DNA from: Bdellovibrionales bacterium
GTDB lineage: Bacteria; Bdellovibrionota; Bdellovibrionia; Bdellovibrionales; JAGQZY01
Direction: 5' to 3'
Assembly (NCBI GenBank): GCA_964230645.1
Contig: CAXRHT010000001.1
Coordinates: 608,001-672,000, forward strand
Length of the DNA: 64,000 bases
Shown here piece by piece: positions 50,084 to 60,544 of this stretch (its first letter is position 1; every line of letters begins with the position of its first letter). The notes under the pieces were generated by a model. It made no database searches. It was not told the DNA's origin and worked only from the letters and a program-made list of their open reading frames with translations. The position numbers and the translations under genes were made by a program.

Positions 50084-51184
50084 ATGGCGTTGCAGTGTGG
50101 AATCGTTGGACTTCCTAACGTTGGAAAAAGTACCCTTTTTAATGCCCTTACGGCCGCCAAAGCCGAAGCAGCAAACTACCCTTTTTGTACGATTGACCCG
50201 AATGTCGGCGTGGTCACCGTGCCTGATCCCAGGCTCAAAAAAATTGTGGAACTCGTAAAGCCCCAAAAAGAAATCCCCACAGCGATGGAGTTTGTCGATA
50301 TTGCAGGGCTCGTGGCTGGAGCCAGTAAAGGTGAAGGGCTCGGAAACCAGTTTTTAGCTAACATTCGAGAAACCGATGCGATCATTCAAGTGGTTCGCTG
50401 TTTTGACGACTCCGATGTGGTGCATGTTTCTGGCTCTGTCGATCCTTTAAGAGACATTGATGTGATCAATACGGAGTTAATGCTGGCCGACCTTGAATCC
50501 ATTGAAAAAAGAAAACAGAAACTCGATAAGCAAGCACGTGCCACTAAAGATAAAAAGCTTCTCGGAGAGCTCGAAATTATTGAAAAAATCCATAAGGCCC
50601 TCTCCGATGGAAAAGCGGCTAGAACTGTGGAAGTTCCTAAAGAAGACAAAAAGTTTGTTAAAGAACTTCAGCTGCTTACTACGAAACCGACTCTTTATGT
50701 TTGCAACGTCAGTGAAGACGACTTTCTCAATGGCGGTAACGACTGGAGCAAACAGGTTGAAGAGTTCGCAAAGTCTGAAGGCAATAATTCTCTCCTCATT
50801 TGTAGTGCCATGGAAGCTGAGATCGCCCTTCTTGATAAAGAAGAACAGAGTGAATTTTTAGAGTCCATGGGAGTGAGTGAGCCAGGACTTCACCGTCTTA
50901 TCCAAGAGGCCTACAATCTTTTAGAACTTCAAACCTACTTCACTGCCGGTGAAAAAGAAGTCAGAGCCTGGACAATCAAAAAAGGCATGACGGCCCCGCA
51001 GGCGGCCGGTGTGATTCACTCGGATTTTGAAAAAGGCTTTATTCGCGCTGAGACCTATAACTGTGAGGATTTATTTAATCTCAAATCAGAACAGGCCGTG
51101 AAAGAGTCTGGTAAATATCGCCTGGAAGGTAAAGAGTATGTCGTCAAAGATGGTGATGTTCTTTTCTTTCGCTTTAACGTTTAA
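50084..51184 (+). CDS. ychF: Redox-regulated ATPase YchF
   Basis: [42 protein letters not shown]. Confidence 0.98.
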   Translation: MALQCGIVGLPNVGKSTLFNALTAAKAEAANYPFCTIDPNVGVVTVPDPRLKKIVELVKPQKEIPTAMEFVDIAGLVAGASKGEGLGNQFLANIRETDAIIQVVRCFDDSDVVHVSGSVDPLRDIDVINTELMLADLESIEKRKQKLDKQARATKDKKLLGELEIIEKIHKALSDGKAARTVEVPKEDKKFVKELQLLTTKPTLYVCNVSEDDFLNGGNDWSKQVEEFAKSEGNNSLLICSAMEAEIALLDKEEQSEFLESMGVSEPGLHRLIQEAYNLLELQTYFTAGEKEVRAWTIKKGMTAPQAAGVIHSDFEKGFIRAETYNCEDLFNLKSEQAVKESGKYRLEGKEYVVKDGDVLFFRFNV

Positions 51185-51322
51185 TAGACTCTCCTAACCC
51201 TCCATCTTATTATGGTCCTCTTTATAAAGGTGGGCCTAAAAAATGGGGCCTCTTTCTCGTCTCAATTCGAGAAATTTGCAATCATTGCTATGGTTCTTAC
51301 CCGTTCTTACCGATAATGAGGT

Positions 51323-51766
51323 ATGAGATTTTTTAAAGGTTTTTTCAAATTCGTTATTAATTCCCTATTCTTCTCCGCTGTTTTTTCTCTATCAGTGCAA
51401 GTCTTTGCTGAAGAGCTCTCCAAAGTGGACTCAGAAGCCCTACAAAAAACTGTGGACTTGATGAACAATCGCTCCCAGCGAAATGAAATGATTGAAAATA
51501 ATCCAGGAGCTAAAAAAGCCGATGATATGACAAGAAAACTTTTTGGAGATGGAGCCGAGCTTGATGCTGCTTACAAAGCGGCTGCACAAATTTTTCGAAA
51601 ACTGGCTGCGGAAAATAACGGTGATATCCAGAAGATGATGGAGCAGATCAATAATGGACAGAAAAATCCTGAAGCTTTTTACAAAAATTTAGGGCCCCAA
51701 GAAAGGCAGTTGATCAAGAACCTTTCCAAGGGGGTTGAAGATCGCACTAAAAACTCCAATCCCTAA
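51323..51766 (+). CDS. Hypothetical secreted helical protein
   Basis: Signal peptide ending VFA; GAGG RBS. Confidence 0.65.
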   Translation: MRFFKGFFKFVINSLFFSAVFSLSVQVFAEELSKVDSEALQKTVDLMNNRSQRNEMIENNPGAKKADDMTRKLFGDGAELDAAYKAAAQIFRKLAAENNGDIQKMMEQINNGQKNPEAFYKNLGPQERQLIKNLSKGVEDRTKNSNP

Positions 51767-51787
51767 TTTTTAAATGCAAATATAAAT

Positions 51788-51819
51788 AAAAAAAGGACTC
51801 TCATCTGGAGTCCTTTTTT
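51788..51819. terminator. Bidirectional intrinsic terminator
   Basis: A7-ggactc-tcatctg-gagtcc-T6 between convergent genes. Confidence 0.85.
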
Positions 51820-51841
51820 AGTTTCTAAAAGCTCGACTATT

Positions 51842-54007
51842 TTATAGATCGTAGTCTTCAAAGAGCTGCTCGATAAGAGACTTCTCTGTACTGTTGAGCT
51901 CCCTTGGATCCTCGTTATAAAGATTTCTGATCCACCACGGAGCCTCTAAGCGATAGTAGTTGCCATTGTATTCACTGGAGCTTCTTTCTGACTTGGCCTC
52001 ACCTCTTTGAGCAAGGTCTCCTGTGGTCCCCATCCACCAGCGGCTTGAGTAAGGCAGATCTTTACGAGGTATCACAAACATCGCTTCAAGATCTTCTGGA
52101 TTGAGTTTCACACCCATCACACTCGCCACACCGATCCAATTGGAAACATGGTCAAACTCTTTTGTCGGTTGATCCATTTCAATGACTTCTAAAATGTTGC
52201 CCCCTTCGGTTGACTTAAGCTCACTCGCCAAAGCTTGGGAAACCGGCCCCATAGCAAGAAGGGTTTTATCTCCCTTAAGTTGCTTTAATACAGCCTTAAG
52301 AGTTTTAACAGCACTCCTACCCTGGCTGTCTTCTGTTTTGGCCAAGGCTATTTTTTGCTCAGTTTCAATCCCTATAGTATCGACAGGTAGGGGTCTAAGA
52401 ATCAGGTAGGAATCGGCAGTCTCTAAGCCCACCTTCTGCAACCAGGTTTGTAAAGTTTGACCAGCCTCGCCTGTTAAAGCCCGAGTGGAAAACATATCTG
52501 TGTGACTCATTTGATCAGCAAGTATCACCACTTCAGGGTTCTCAAGATTTCCACGGTAGCTCGCGCCAAATCCAAAAGATTCATGATTAACGTAAGCTTC
52601 TGTATCGATCTCTTGAAAGTTAGGCCAACTCATAAGAGCCTCCGCCATCTTGGGATTGGTCGGTCCGGGATCAAATTGCTGCACATGCTCGAGATCCCCT
52701 TCTTCTTCGCCAAACTCCGAGTATCGAGGAGGCTCGTAGGGAACTTCGTTTTCTTTCATTCCGTACACTCGGCCCTCAGCCATATCTAAAAGTTGGGCTC
52801 GAGTCGCCTCTGGCGCGAAATAATCATTAAAGTCCATCACTCTTAAAGCATTGCTCGTCTTTGACTCTTCGTAATCGCCTTGCTCACTAAAAATTAAAAT
52901 CTGATCTTGGCCGTTTCGATTCGATGTTGTTCCTGCATGTCCCATTCTCCAATTGGTGGCAAAAGCAAAGTCGCGAAAGGGAACGGGAGCATAGCCGTAC
53001 TCGAAATAGCCAGTATTTAGCCTCTCCATTCTAGGACCACCGTAACATTGTGCAAACTTCTCTTCCTGAGGATCGGCTTTGAGCCAACCTGGATTATTTT
53101 CTATGTATTGAGCCACCGTTTTAGCCGCTCTCCCGAAAGAGGAGCGAACCATTTGAGCGCCCCCATCAAATTTTGCAGAGCCAGGATGAACAACTCCAAA
53201 CACAAGAATAGTTTCGTCTCCATCGAGCACACCTTGATCAGCAAAGTGTTTTACAAGTTTATCGGTTTTGCAATCTTCAAGAGCGTCTTTGTCACAAGCC
53301 ATATCTCCACTTCGAGAGTTGATCCAAGTGGCCAGTGAGTCTTTAGCTCCCCCACCCACGGCCATTATCAAAGCCAGAGATTCTGGGTTCTGCTTAACCA
53401 CATTATCAAAAAGTTGATGGCGGTACTGCACGATTGGACTATTGTAACCTTGCTCCATGGCAACGTAGTTGTCGTACTGTTCATCACTTCTCTCTGTCAC
53501 ACGTTGACCAAAGATTGTGTAAACAAAAGTGTTAAGAAACAAATAGCTCTCATAGATTCCCATGTGATTGAGAAACTTTTGCACATTAGTTCCTGTTGAG
53601 CCAGTGAACGCACGATTGGTAACATTTTCGTCTTGCGCTCCCTCTTGTCCAACCACAAATACTTTAACTTCGTTTTTTCCAAGTCGACCGCGATACCACA
53701 TCGGTCCCATCTGCCAACGAAACTTTTCATCCTCTCCGCCCATGATTTCTTTACCCACTTCACGGTAATTGGGAACTTGTCCAAAAAGTTTCAACCAAGA
53801 TTCACTTTCTTCCTGATAGGGGCCCGGATCAAATTCCGCAGGACTTCCTCTTCTCTCATCGTAAGCGAAACCATCAACCCAAGCGGCAGATAGAGTGCTT
53901 CCTCGGTAATAATAATCGTGACAAGATCTTTCCCCAAAATCGGCTTGCGAGATAGAGCTCACCAGCATAATCAAACCAATTAGGCAGATATTTAGAAACT
54001 GAATCAT
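51842..54007 (-). CDS. Secreted protein with two uracil-DNA glycosylase-like domains
   Basis: Signal peptide; VVGQE...FTGSTG...YLFLN...HPG in domain 1; degenerate second copy. Confidence 0.72.
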   Translation of the reverse strand: MIQFLNICLIGLIMLVSSISQADFGERSCHDYYYRGSTLSAAWVDGFAYDERRGSPAEFDPGPYQEESESWLKLFGQVPNYREVGKEIMGGEDEKFRWQMGPMWYRGRLGKNEVKVFVVGQEGAQDENVTNRAFTGSTGTNVQKFLNHMGIYESYLFLNTFVYTIFGQRVTERSDEQYDNYVAMEQGYNSPIVQYRHQLFDNVVKQNPESLALIMAVGGGAKDSLATWINSRSGDMACDKDALEDCKTDKLVKHFADQGVLDGDETILVFGVVHPGSAKFDGGAQMVRSSFGRAAKTVAQYIENNPGWLKADPQEEKFAQCYGGPRMERLNTGYFEYGYAPVPFRDFAFATNWRMGHAGTTSNRNGQDQILIFSEQGDYEESKTSNALRVMDFNDYFAPEATRAQLLDMAEGRVYGMKENEVPYEPPRYSEFGEEEGDLEHVQQFDPGPTNPKMAEALMSWPNFQEIDTEAYVNHESFGFGASYRGNLENPEVVILADQMSHTDMFSTRALTGEAGQTLQTWLQKVGLETADSYLILRPLPVDTIGIETEQKIALAKTEDSQGRSAVKTLKAVLKQLKGDKTLLAMGPVSQALASELKSTEGGNILEVIEMDQPTKEFDHVSNWIGVASVMGVKLNPEDLEAMFVIPRKDLPYSSRWWMGTTGDLAQRGEAKSERSSSEYNGNYYRLEAPWWIRNLYNEDPRELNSTEKSLIEQLFEDYDL

Positions 54008-54068
54008 TTTATATTCTCCCGGGCTTGTTTTAAATTCGCCCTTATGTACTGCTGTCCGGTAGCTTGCC

Positions 54069-54169
54069 CAATGTCCTCCTGCGCAGCAAAGGATTCAATG
54101 TCCTCCTGAGCGTAGCGAAGGATCTTAGGTCTTTCGCTTCGCTCAAGACGACACGGCTCAAGACGACAT
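54069..54169. repeat. Nested REP-like palindromic repeat
   Basis: Two direct copies of CAATGTCCTCCTG(A)GCG..GC.AAGGAT, followed by two inverted copies ending GCTCAAGACGACA. Confidence 0.75.
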
Positions 54170-54409
54170 CTTTAAAGATCCACCGTATGGCAGTTGGCCT
54201 AAATTAGATAAGTTGAGGAATTACAGCAAGTTATCTACTCGTTTCTGAAAAGTTTATAAGAACTTAGTGAGTGGATTGTTCGCTAGTGCTTAAGTTTACC
54301 TGTGTTCAAGGGTTTAGAGAGCTTTCAACCTTAGGATTTGGTTTTAATTGTTAAGAATAACAAAAAAAGAATGGAACGTTCTTTTTTTTAGCAGAGAACT
54401 CACAGGCTA

Positions 54410-55288
54410 CTAAAGTTTCATTTTTGGATCGAAGGCATCTCTTAAACCATCACCCAGGAGCTGGAATGCCATGAGTGTAAAAAAGAGGGCTGCTCCTGGG
54501 AAGAGAATAAGATGAGGGTAGCTCTCCAGTAAATCGGCTCCATCTGAGGCTAAAACACCCCACGAGGAGTAAGGAGGTTGTAAGCCAAGACCAATAAAAC
54601 TCAGAAAACTTTCAAAGAGAATATTACCTGGAATTCTAAAGGTGAGCATAACGATAATGGGACCCAGAATGTTTGGAAACACATGACGCCACAACAGTTG
54701 AACATGACCAAATCCAAGAGCTTTTCCAGCCTCGATATAAGCCATTTGTCTGACTTGCAGAACCTGCCCTCGCACAAGACGGGCCAAACTCACCCAACCC
54801 ACAATACTAAGGGCAATTAAAGTTCCGGTAAGAGCTTTCAATTCTGGGTGAGAGAATAGATCAAGACTATCAAAAATAACCTTGATTAAAATCATAATAA
54901 CTAACGAAGGAATGGAATAAGCAATATCCACAGCCCTCATCATAAAACTATCAACCCAGCCACCAAACCAGCCGGAAAGTGCACCGTAGATCGCGCCAAA
55001 TATCAGAGAAATTACCGCTGTTATAATTCCAACGGCCATAGACATTCTCGCTCCATAAATAATGCGACTAAACAGGTCGCGGCCTAATTTATCCGTCCCT
55101 AACCAAAACTGTGAATTGGGAGATTCTAGTAGATGATCGATATGTTGTTCGTCGAAAGGATAGGGAGTGATCCATTTGGCGACCAAGGCTACAAAACAAA
55201 GAAAAACAATAAAGATCAGACAAACAAAGGCCACTTTATTTTTCTTTAAATTATAAAATCCTTCCACCAACCAATTGTCTGACTTCAT
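54410..55288 (-). CDS. oppC: Oligopeptide ABC transporter permease
   Basis: LGTD.LGRD, ES.LSFIGLG..PP..SWG, GDGLRDAFDP. Confidence 0.92.
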   Translation of the reverse strand: MKSDNWLVEGFYNLKKNKVAFVCLIFIVFLCFVALVAKWITPYPFDEQHIDHLLESPNSQFWLGTDKLGRDLFSRIIYGARMSMAVGIITAVISLIFGAIYGALSGWFGGWVDSFMMRAVDIAYSIPSLVIMILIKVIFDSLDLFSHPELKALTGTLIALSIVGWVSLARLVRGQVLQVRQMAYIEAGKALGFGHVQLLWRHVFPNILGPIIVMLTFRIPGNILFESFLSFIGLGLQPPYSSWGVLASDGADLLESYPHLILFPGAALFFTLMAFQLLGDGLRDAFDPKMKL

Positions 55289-56412
55289 GACACCTCAATC
55301 CTTGGGTCGACCACTTTATAGAGAATATCGACCACCATATTGGCGAAAATCAGCATTAATGAAAAAAGGAGTGTGAGAGCCATAATCAAAGGATAGTCTC
55401 GATTGAACACACTCTGTACGAAATATTTAGCGATACCTGGAATAGCAAAAATAATTTCTACGATGAAAGAGCCTGAGAGAATTCCCGCCACCAAAGGACC
55501 GGCGTAGGTCAACACTGGTACCAGAGAGTTTCTTAGGACATGATGATAAAGAACCACCTTTTCACTCAATCCTTTCGAGCGAGCCGTGCGAACAAAATCC
55601 GAATGGATCACATCAAGAACACTGGTTCTTGTGAGTCGAGCAATAAAGGCCGCCGGCCGCACTCCCAGAGTCACCACCGGCAAAATATAATGCCTCGGTG
55701 AGTGCCAGAGAGCGGCTGGCAGTAGAATATCGTTTTCAAAAAGCCATTGGTAAAGACTTGGGAAAAGGACATTAATAGGCCAACCAAAACTAAAGATATA
55801 AATTAGAATAGGTGCGACCAAAAAACTAGGAAGGGAAATTCCACTAATGGCCACAATCATGGCGCCACTGTCCCATTTGGTACCATGATTGGCCGCCGCC
55901 AGAAGGCCTAAGGGAACCCCAATCACAAAAGAAAGGATTAAGGCGTAAAATCCTAACTTAAAGGATACTGGAAAAGCATCTTTAATTATACTTACAACCT
56001 CTCTCCCCTCATATTTATAAGAATACCCGAGGTGTCCAGTGGCAATGCCAATCATATGATCGGCGTATTGCTCAATAAGAGGCTTATCAAGACCATACTT
56101 TTTCTCAATATTAGCTTTCACATGCTGAGGTAGAGCTTTTTCTTCATCAAAGGGGCCACCCGGTAGCAAACGCAAAAGAAGGAAAGTCATACTTGCAATG
56201 ACAAAGATGACAAACAAAGAGGAGAAAAGCCTTTTGATAAAGAACAAAGTCAGATCTTGCATAAAAATGCCGTAGAAAAGAGAAACGGCAAAAAGAAACC
56301 AAAAAGGGTAAAGTAAAAAATTGGGAACGTACATCATGCTAAGATCACAGAGCACTAAGCTTATTCCAAGAAGACTGGTAAACCAGAATAAAATGGGCCC
56401 GACAAGCTTCAT
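55285..56412 (-). CDS. oppB: Oligopeptide ABC transporter permease
   Basis: PGGPF, GLDKP, TARSKGL, IVE.IF.IPG, RDYP, DPRI. Confidence 0.92.
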   Translation of the reverse strand: MKLVGPILFWFTSLLGISLVLCDLSMMYVPNFLLYPFWFLFAVSLFYGIFMQDLTLFFIKRLFSSLFVIFVIASMTFLLLRLLPGGPFDEEKALPQHVKANIEKKYGLDKPLIEQYADHMIGIATGHLGYSYKYEGREVVSIIKDAFPVSFKLGFYALILSFVIGVPLGLLAAANHGTKWDSGAMIVAISGISLPSFLVAPILIYIFSFGWPINVLFPSLYQWLFENDILLPAALWHSPRHYILPVVTLGVRPAAFIARLTRTSVLDVIHSDFVRTARSKGLSEKVVLYHHVLRNSLVPVLTYAGPLVAGILSGSFIVEIIFAIPGIAKYFVQSVFNRDYPLIMALTLLFSLMLIFANMVVDILYKVVDPRIEVS

Positions 56413-58019
56413 TTCTGAGCCTCCAAATCAAACAGAAAAAAATGATAAAGATCTAAAACGTTATTACTGAAATTCTTTATTCTCTGACTCACAAGCAGTT
56501 GGTTAACGTCAGTCATAAGAGGGATAACAGGAACTTCGTCTTCTACCAAAAGCTTTTGCGCTTTTCGATAGATCTCTAATCGTTTCTGCGCCTCGACTTC
56601 TTTAACCCCTTGTTCAACTAGCTTATCGTATTGCTTGTTTTCCCAGCCTGTACGGTTGTTCTCAGAGAAACTTGTCATGATCGCCATAAAATTATGGGGA
56701 TCCGCGTAGTCGGCCACCCAACCCAAGCGAAAAATAGAATAAGCCGAAGCACTTCTTAGACCGTTTAAAAAAGTTTTCCATTCCTCATTTTTTATTTCGA
56801 CTTTCACATCCAAATTTCTTTTCAATTGGGCCTGAATGTTTTCAGCCACACGTTTGTGTTTTTCCTCGGTGTTGAAACCAAGAACCAGTGTTGGAAAAGT
56901 GCTTCTATTTTTAAATCCAGCCTGATCTAAAAGTTCTCGGGCTTTTTGAGGATCAAAAGAAAGACCAATATCATCCTCGTGCCCGAACATCCCCTGAGGC
57001 ACCCAACTTGTCAGTGGCTTCTGCCCTCCTCCAAGAATTTTTACCACTTCTTTGCGATTAATTGCGTAGGAAAGGGCTCTTCGAACCAACTTATTACCAA
57101 GAGGCTTTTTACCAACTTTAATTCCATAGTAATAAAGTCGTAGACCGGGATGAGTTCGAAATTCCTCCCATTTACGAAGTCTGGGGATCTCTGAGCTGGG
57201 AAGATCGCGAATAAAATCTATTTTCCCCTGTTGAAACATTCTCAATGCGGTCGAGGGTTTTCCAATCATATAATAAACGATGAACTCAATGGAGGGCTTT
57301 TTACCCCAGTAATTTTCGTTTCTTCTTAGTACTATGCGGCTGTCATGGTGCCAATACACCAATTTGTAAGGTCCAAGAGTCACAATATTTTGAGGCTCGG
57401 TCCAAAGTGGGCCATGCTTTTTAATAACGTCTCGTCTTACAGGAAAGGTGGTGTGATGAGTGAGAAGCATCGGAAAAAAGGCCATGGGCTGTTTTAGGGT
57501 AAACTCCACTTGATAAGGGCCAAGGGCTTTGACTCCCACTTGGCTGAAGTCATTGAGTTTGCCTGAGTTGAAGGCACGCGCATTTTTAATGGGAAAAATA
57601 TTGTCGACGGCGATGGCGGCCGACTCTGGAGTCAGAATGTACTCAAAAGAATCAAGAACATGCTTAGAAGTAAATTCCACTCCGTCAGTCCAACGAACAT
57701 TTTCTCTTAACTGAAATACCCACTTCTGCCCCCCGTCTTTTTCCTGCCAACTTGTTGCAAGAGCGGGTTTTAATTCCAGTCCCGGTTTTGAAAGATCAAA
57801 ACGGACGAGTCCTTCCATTATGTTTTCTTGAATCCAGCTGGAGTCCGTATCAGAGGAAAGTAGCCAATCGAGTTTTGGAGGCTCAGAGGTGATAACCGTG
57901 GCTAGGGTTTTGTCATCTTGTAGTTTTACCCTTTCTCCACTGGGTAAAACAATGGAGGGAGTCCCTCCCCAGGTGCAGCCTGCTAGTATAAAAACCAATA
58001 CAATTATCCTAAAACTCAC
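56409..58019 (-). CDS. oppA: Oligopeptide-binding lipoprotein
   Basis: Lipobox LAGC, EGLV, WTDG, GPY, VRRALSYAINR, W.ADY.DP. Confidence 0.92.
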   Translation of the reverse strand: MSFRIIVLVFILAGCTWGGTPSIVLPSGERVKLQDDKTLATVITSEPPKLDWLLSSDTDSSWIQENIMEGLVRFDLSKPGLELKPALATSWQEKDGGQKWVFQLRENVRWTDGVEFTSKHVLDSFEYILTPESAAIAVDNIFPIKNARAFNSGKLNDFSQVGVKALGPYQVEFTLKQPMAFFPMLLTHHTTFPVRRDVIKKHGPLWTEPQNIVTLGPYKLVYWHHDSRIVLRRNENYWGKKPSIEFIVYYMIGKPSTALRMFQQGKIDFIRDLPSSEIPRLRKWEEFRTHPGLRLYYYGIKVGKKPLGNKLVRRALSYAINRKEVVKILGGGQKPLTSWVPQGMFGHEDDIGLSFDPQKARELLDQAGFKNRSTFPTLVLGFNTEEKHKRVAENIQAQLKRNLDVKVEIKNEEWKTFLNGLRSASAYSIFRLGWVADYADPHNFMAIMTSFSENNRTGWENKQYDKLVEQGVKEVEAQKRLEIYRKAQKLLVEDEVPVIPLMTDVNQLLVSQRIKNFSNNVLDLYHFFLFDLEAQK

Positions 58020-58220
58020 ACTCTCAAGAGTGCTTCAAGCTCTCTTGTTAGGCAAGGATTTATTAAAATCTCTCCTTATTTTAGGTATTTACCTTTAAGG
58101 CAGGAGCACACTTTAGATGATTAATAAATATTATGAGAGTCTAATATAATGAATAATTTTCATTAATGTTAGGAAATCTGTATAACAACTCTATAACAAC
58201 TTCTTCCAAAGGGGGAGAGA

Positions 58221-58511
58221 ATGAAAGCACTTATTTTTACATTGATTATCGGACTTAGCTCACTGGCCCAAGCTCGTGAGGGCATTAATCCTGAGTTTAT
58301 GACGGCCCAGCAACAAATTCAGCTCCTCCAGGTACTTAATCAGTTGGAACCCGAAGTTCTTTCAAGCATGCTTTCTGATGAAGGCCTGGACTGGTACATT
58401 GCTCAATACAACCGCATGGCTGATGAGGGTGAAATCATCGTTGAGGAAGCTCATAGTCGTATCGACTTAGGAAGCAACCCCTACGACGATCCTAACGCTC
58501 CAAGCTTCTAA
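58221..58511 (+). CDS. Small secreted hypothetical protein
   Basis: Signal peptide ending AQA; GGGGGAG RBS; own terminator. Confidence 0.7.
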   Translation: MKALIFTLIIGLSSLAQAREGINPEFMTAQQQIQLLQVLNQLEPEVLSSMLSDEGLDWYIAQYNRMADEGEIIVEEAHSRIDLGSNPYDDPNAPSF

Positions 58512-58538
58512 GCCTGAGATCAAAAAAATTTAATTTCT

Positions 58539-58570
58539 AAAAAAGCCTTTCATTAAGAAAGGCTTTTTTT
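58539..58570 (+). terminator. Intrinsic terminator
   Basis: aaaaaagcctttc-attaa-gaaaggctttttt. Confidence 0.85.
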
Positions 58571-58614
58571 ATTTGCTTCTTCACAAGCCTTCATTCCTCC
58601 GCTACCCTTTTTAT

Positions 58615-59619
58615 ATGAACGACATCTACGCACGCACCAATAATATTTGCTTGGTTTTTTTAACAATCGTCACAGGGACTGTGGCTCTGGTCTATATGAG
58701 ACCTATGCTGATCCCCTTAATCTTCGCCATTTTTGTCTATGCTATTCTCACTCCCCTTGTGCGCTGGATTCGAGTTAAGACAAGGCTACCTAAATCTTTA
58801 GCTGTACTTATCTCAATGGGGCTCTTCACTTTGGGTTTAACCATGATTGTATTTATCATCATTCAATCTGTTGAAAACTTTGTGGAAGGTGTGCCGAAGT
58901 ATAAAGAAAGTTTGAATACCGCAATTTACTTTGTTCAAACTCAGTTGGACCGCTTTGATGTGGATATCAATCTACAAAAAATCCAAGAACTCGTTAGAGG
59001 CTTACCCCTTTTTAATTATGCGCAAAGGTTGACCACACAACTCTTCTCCTTTTTAGGAAATCTTTTTCTCGTGTTTATTTTCACGGTTTTTATGATGACC
59101 GGAGAATCCCGAAGCACTCAGAAAGGTCCCTTTTTAAAAGAAGTGCTTCACAAAGTCTCCTCTTATGTGGTCTCCAAATTTTTTCTGTCATTGGCAACCG
59201 GTCTACTCGTAGGGATTGTTCTTTTAATTTTTCAAGTTGAGCTTGCTTTTATCTTTGCCTTACTCACTATTCTTCTCAACTTTATACCGAACATTGGATC
59301 CATTGTGGCCGTTCTTCTCCCCTTACCCATAGTATTTTTACAATACCAGTTTGGTTGGGTCTTCTGGGTGGTCTTAGCACTCTCAGGCCTAATTCAGTTT
59401 ACTGTTGGAAATGTGATTGAGCCCAAAATGATGGGTGATTCCATGGATCTTCACCCCATCACAGTTTTAATTTGTTTAATTTTTTGGGGAATGGTTTGGG
59501 GGATTGCCGGTATGTTTTTAGCTGTTCCCATTACAGCCGTTTTAAAAATTATCTTTACAAAGATTGAGGCCACACAAACCTTGGCTGAAATTTTAGCGGG
59601 CCGTTTACCTGAACGATAA
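58615..59619 (+). CDS. AI-2E family transporter
   Basis: LNFIPNIG, GNVIEPKMMG, WG..WG..GMFLAVP. Confidence 0.9.
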   Translation: MNDIYARTNNICLVFLTIVTGTVALVYMRPMLIPLIFAIFVYAILTPLVRWIRVKTRLPKSLAVLISMGLFTLGLTMIVFIIIQSVENFVEGVPKYKESLNTAIYFVQTQLDRFDVDINLQKIQELVRGLPLFNYAQRLTTQLFSFLGNLFLVFIFTVFMMTGESRSTQKGPFLKEVLHKVSSYVVSKFFLSLATGLLVGIVLLIFQVELAFIFALLTILLNFIPNIGSIVAVLLPLPIVFLQYQFGWVFWVVLALSGLIQFTVGNVIEPKMMGDSMDLHPITVLICLIFWGMVWGIAGMFLAVPITAVLKIIFTKIEATQTLAEILAGRLPER

Positions 59620-59643
59620 AAAAACCGCAGTGGTCACTGCGGT
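59618..59643 (-). terminator. Intrinsic terminator between convergent genes
   Basis: accgcagtg-gt-cactgcggt with an A-run on the left. Confidence 0.65.
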
Positions 59644-59668
59644 CCTTTCAAAAATTCAACGAATAGCC

Positions 59669-60367
59669 TTAGGCTTCACACTCACTAGGAAAGTCGACAA
59701 AGCCATTGCGATAGTAATGCTGTTTAGATTCTCCTTTTGGAATCATCACCCACATTGCTCCAGAGTAGGCATCGTAGCTTTTAAAAAGTTCAAACTCCCG
59801 GACCATTCCCTCAACCTCAACGGAAACAATAATTACATGGGACTCGATGGTGACTTGAAAACTCCCTTCTACTTTATGCCACTGCCAATAAGGCTCAGAG
59901 TCTAGCAACTCAAGCCATTGGTATTCGACCTTGTTTCCCTCTTTAAAACGGTAAAAGGTTGTATTTCCATAAACACCAGGAGCGGGTCCCCACATTACTA
60001 CACGATTAAGAGCGTGCTCAAAGCTTGAAGGATCTCTTGGATCGAGCATATTCATAACGTCTTTAAGGAAAAGCGTATCCGCCAGAGTTTTCGTAACACT
60101 TGAGGGCAGAGTAAAAAGTCTTCCAACTTCATTGTTCCATTCTCTGTTGCTATCAAATGCGTAGCGAGCCTGTTGAACGAGTTTGGCGATCTCAGGGGTG
60201 TAAACTTCCACCACTCCTCCACAGGGGCCATCGGTTTGATGAATATCAGAAAGGTCTTCAGCCAACTGCAAGTAGGACTGTTCAATCTCAAGGACTTTGC
60301 TGTTTTTCTCGGACGCTTGAGCCTGGGTCATTACAAGTGAAGCTATTAAAATTATTAAAGTTTTCAT
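59669..60367 (-). CDS. Hypothetical secreted protein
   Basis: Signal peptide ending AQA; AGGAG RBS. Confidence 0.7.
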   Translation of the reverse strand: MKTLIILIASLVMTQAQASEKNSKVLEIEQSYLQLAEDLSDIHQTDGPCGGVVEVYTPEIAKLVQQARYAFDSNREWNNEVGRLFTLPSSVTKTLADTLFLKDVMNMLDPRDPSSFEHALNRVVMWGPAPGVYGNTTFYRFKEGNKVEYQWLELLDSEPYWQWHKVEGSFQVTIESHVIIVSVEVEGMVREFELFKSYDAYSGAMWVMIPKGESKQHYYRNGFVDFPSECEA

Positions 60368-60544
60368 GATTTCTCCTTTGTTAAGTTCAGGATTAATTTA
60401 CCTCTATTTTCCGATAAAAATAGATTTTTGAACTTAATTTCGGAGGTGTAAATTAATTATTTAGTTAATTAAACACTCTAAATTACTGAAATTAAAAAAA
60501 CGACACCCCCGCGCCCATGATATAAAGGAGGGCCAAACAATGTA

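Noticed and set aside
51290..51316. Possible FliA promoter (ACCGATAA) before 51323
   Set aside because: The -35 match is poor and the -10 lies only 6 nt from the ATG, so it is too weak to call.
54069..54169. Possible mini-CRISPR or tRNA
   Set aside because: The repeats are adjacent or inverted with no unique spacers, there is no cloverleaf, and no cas genes are present.
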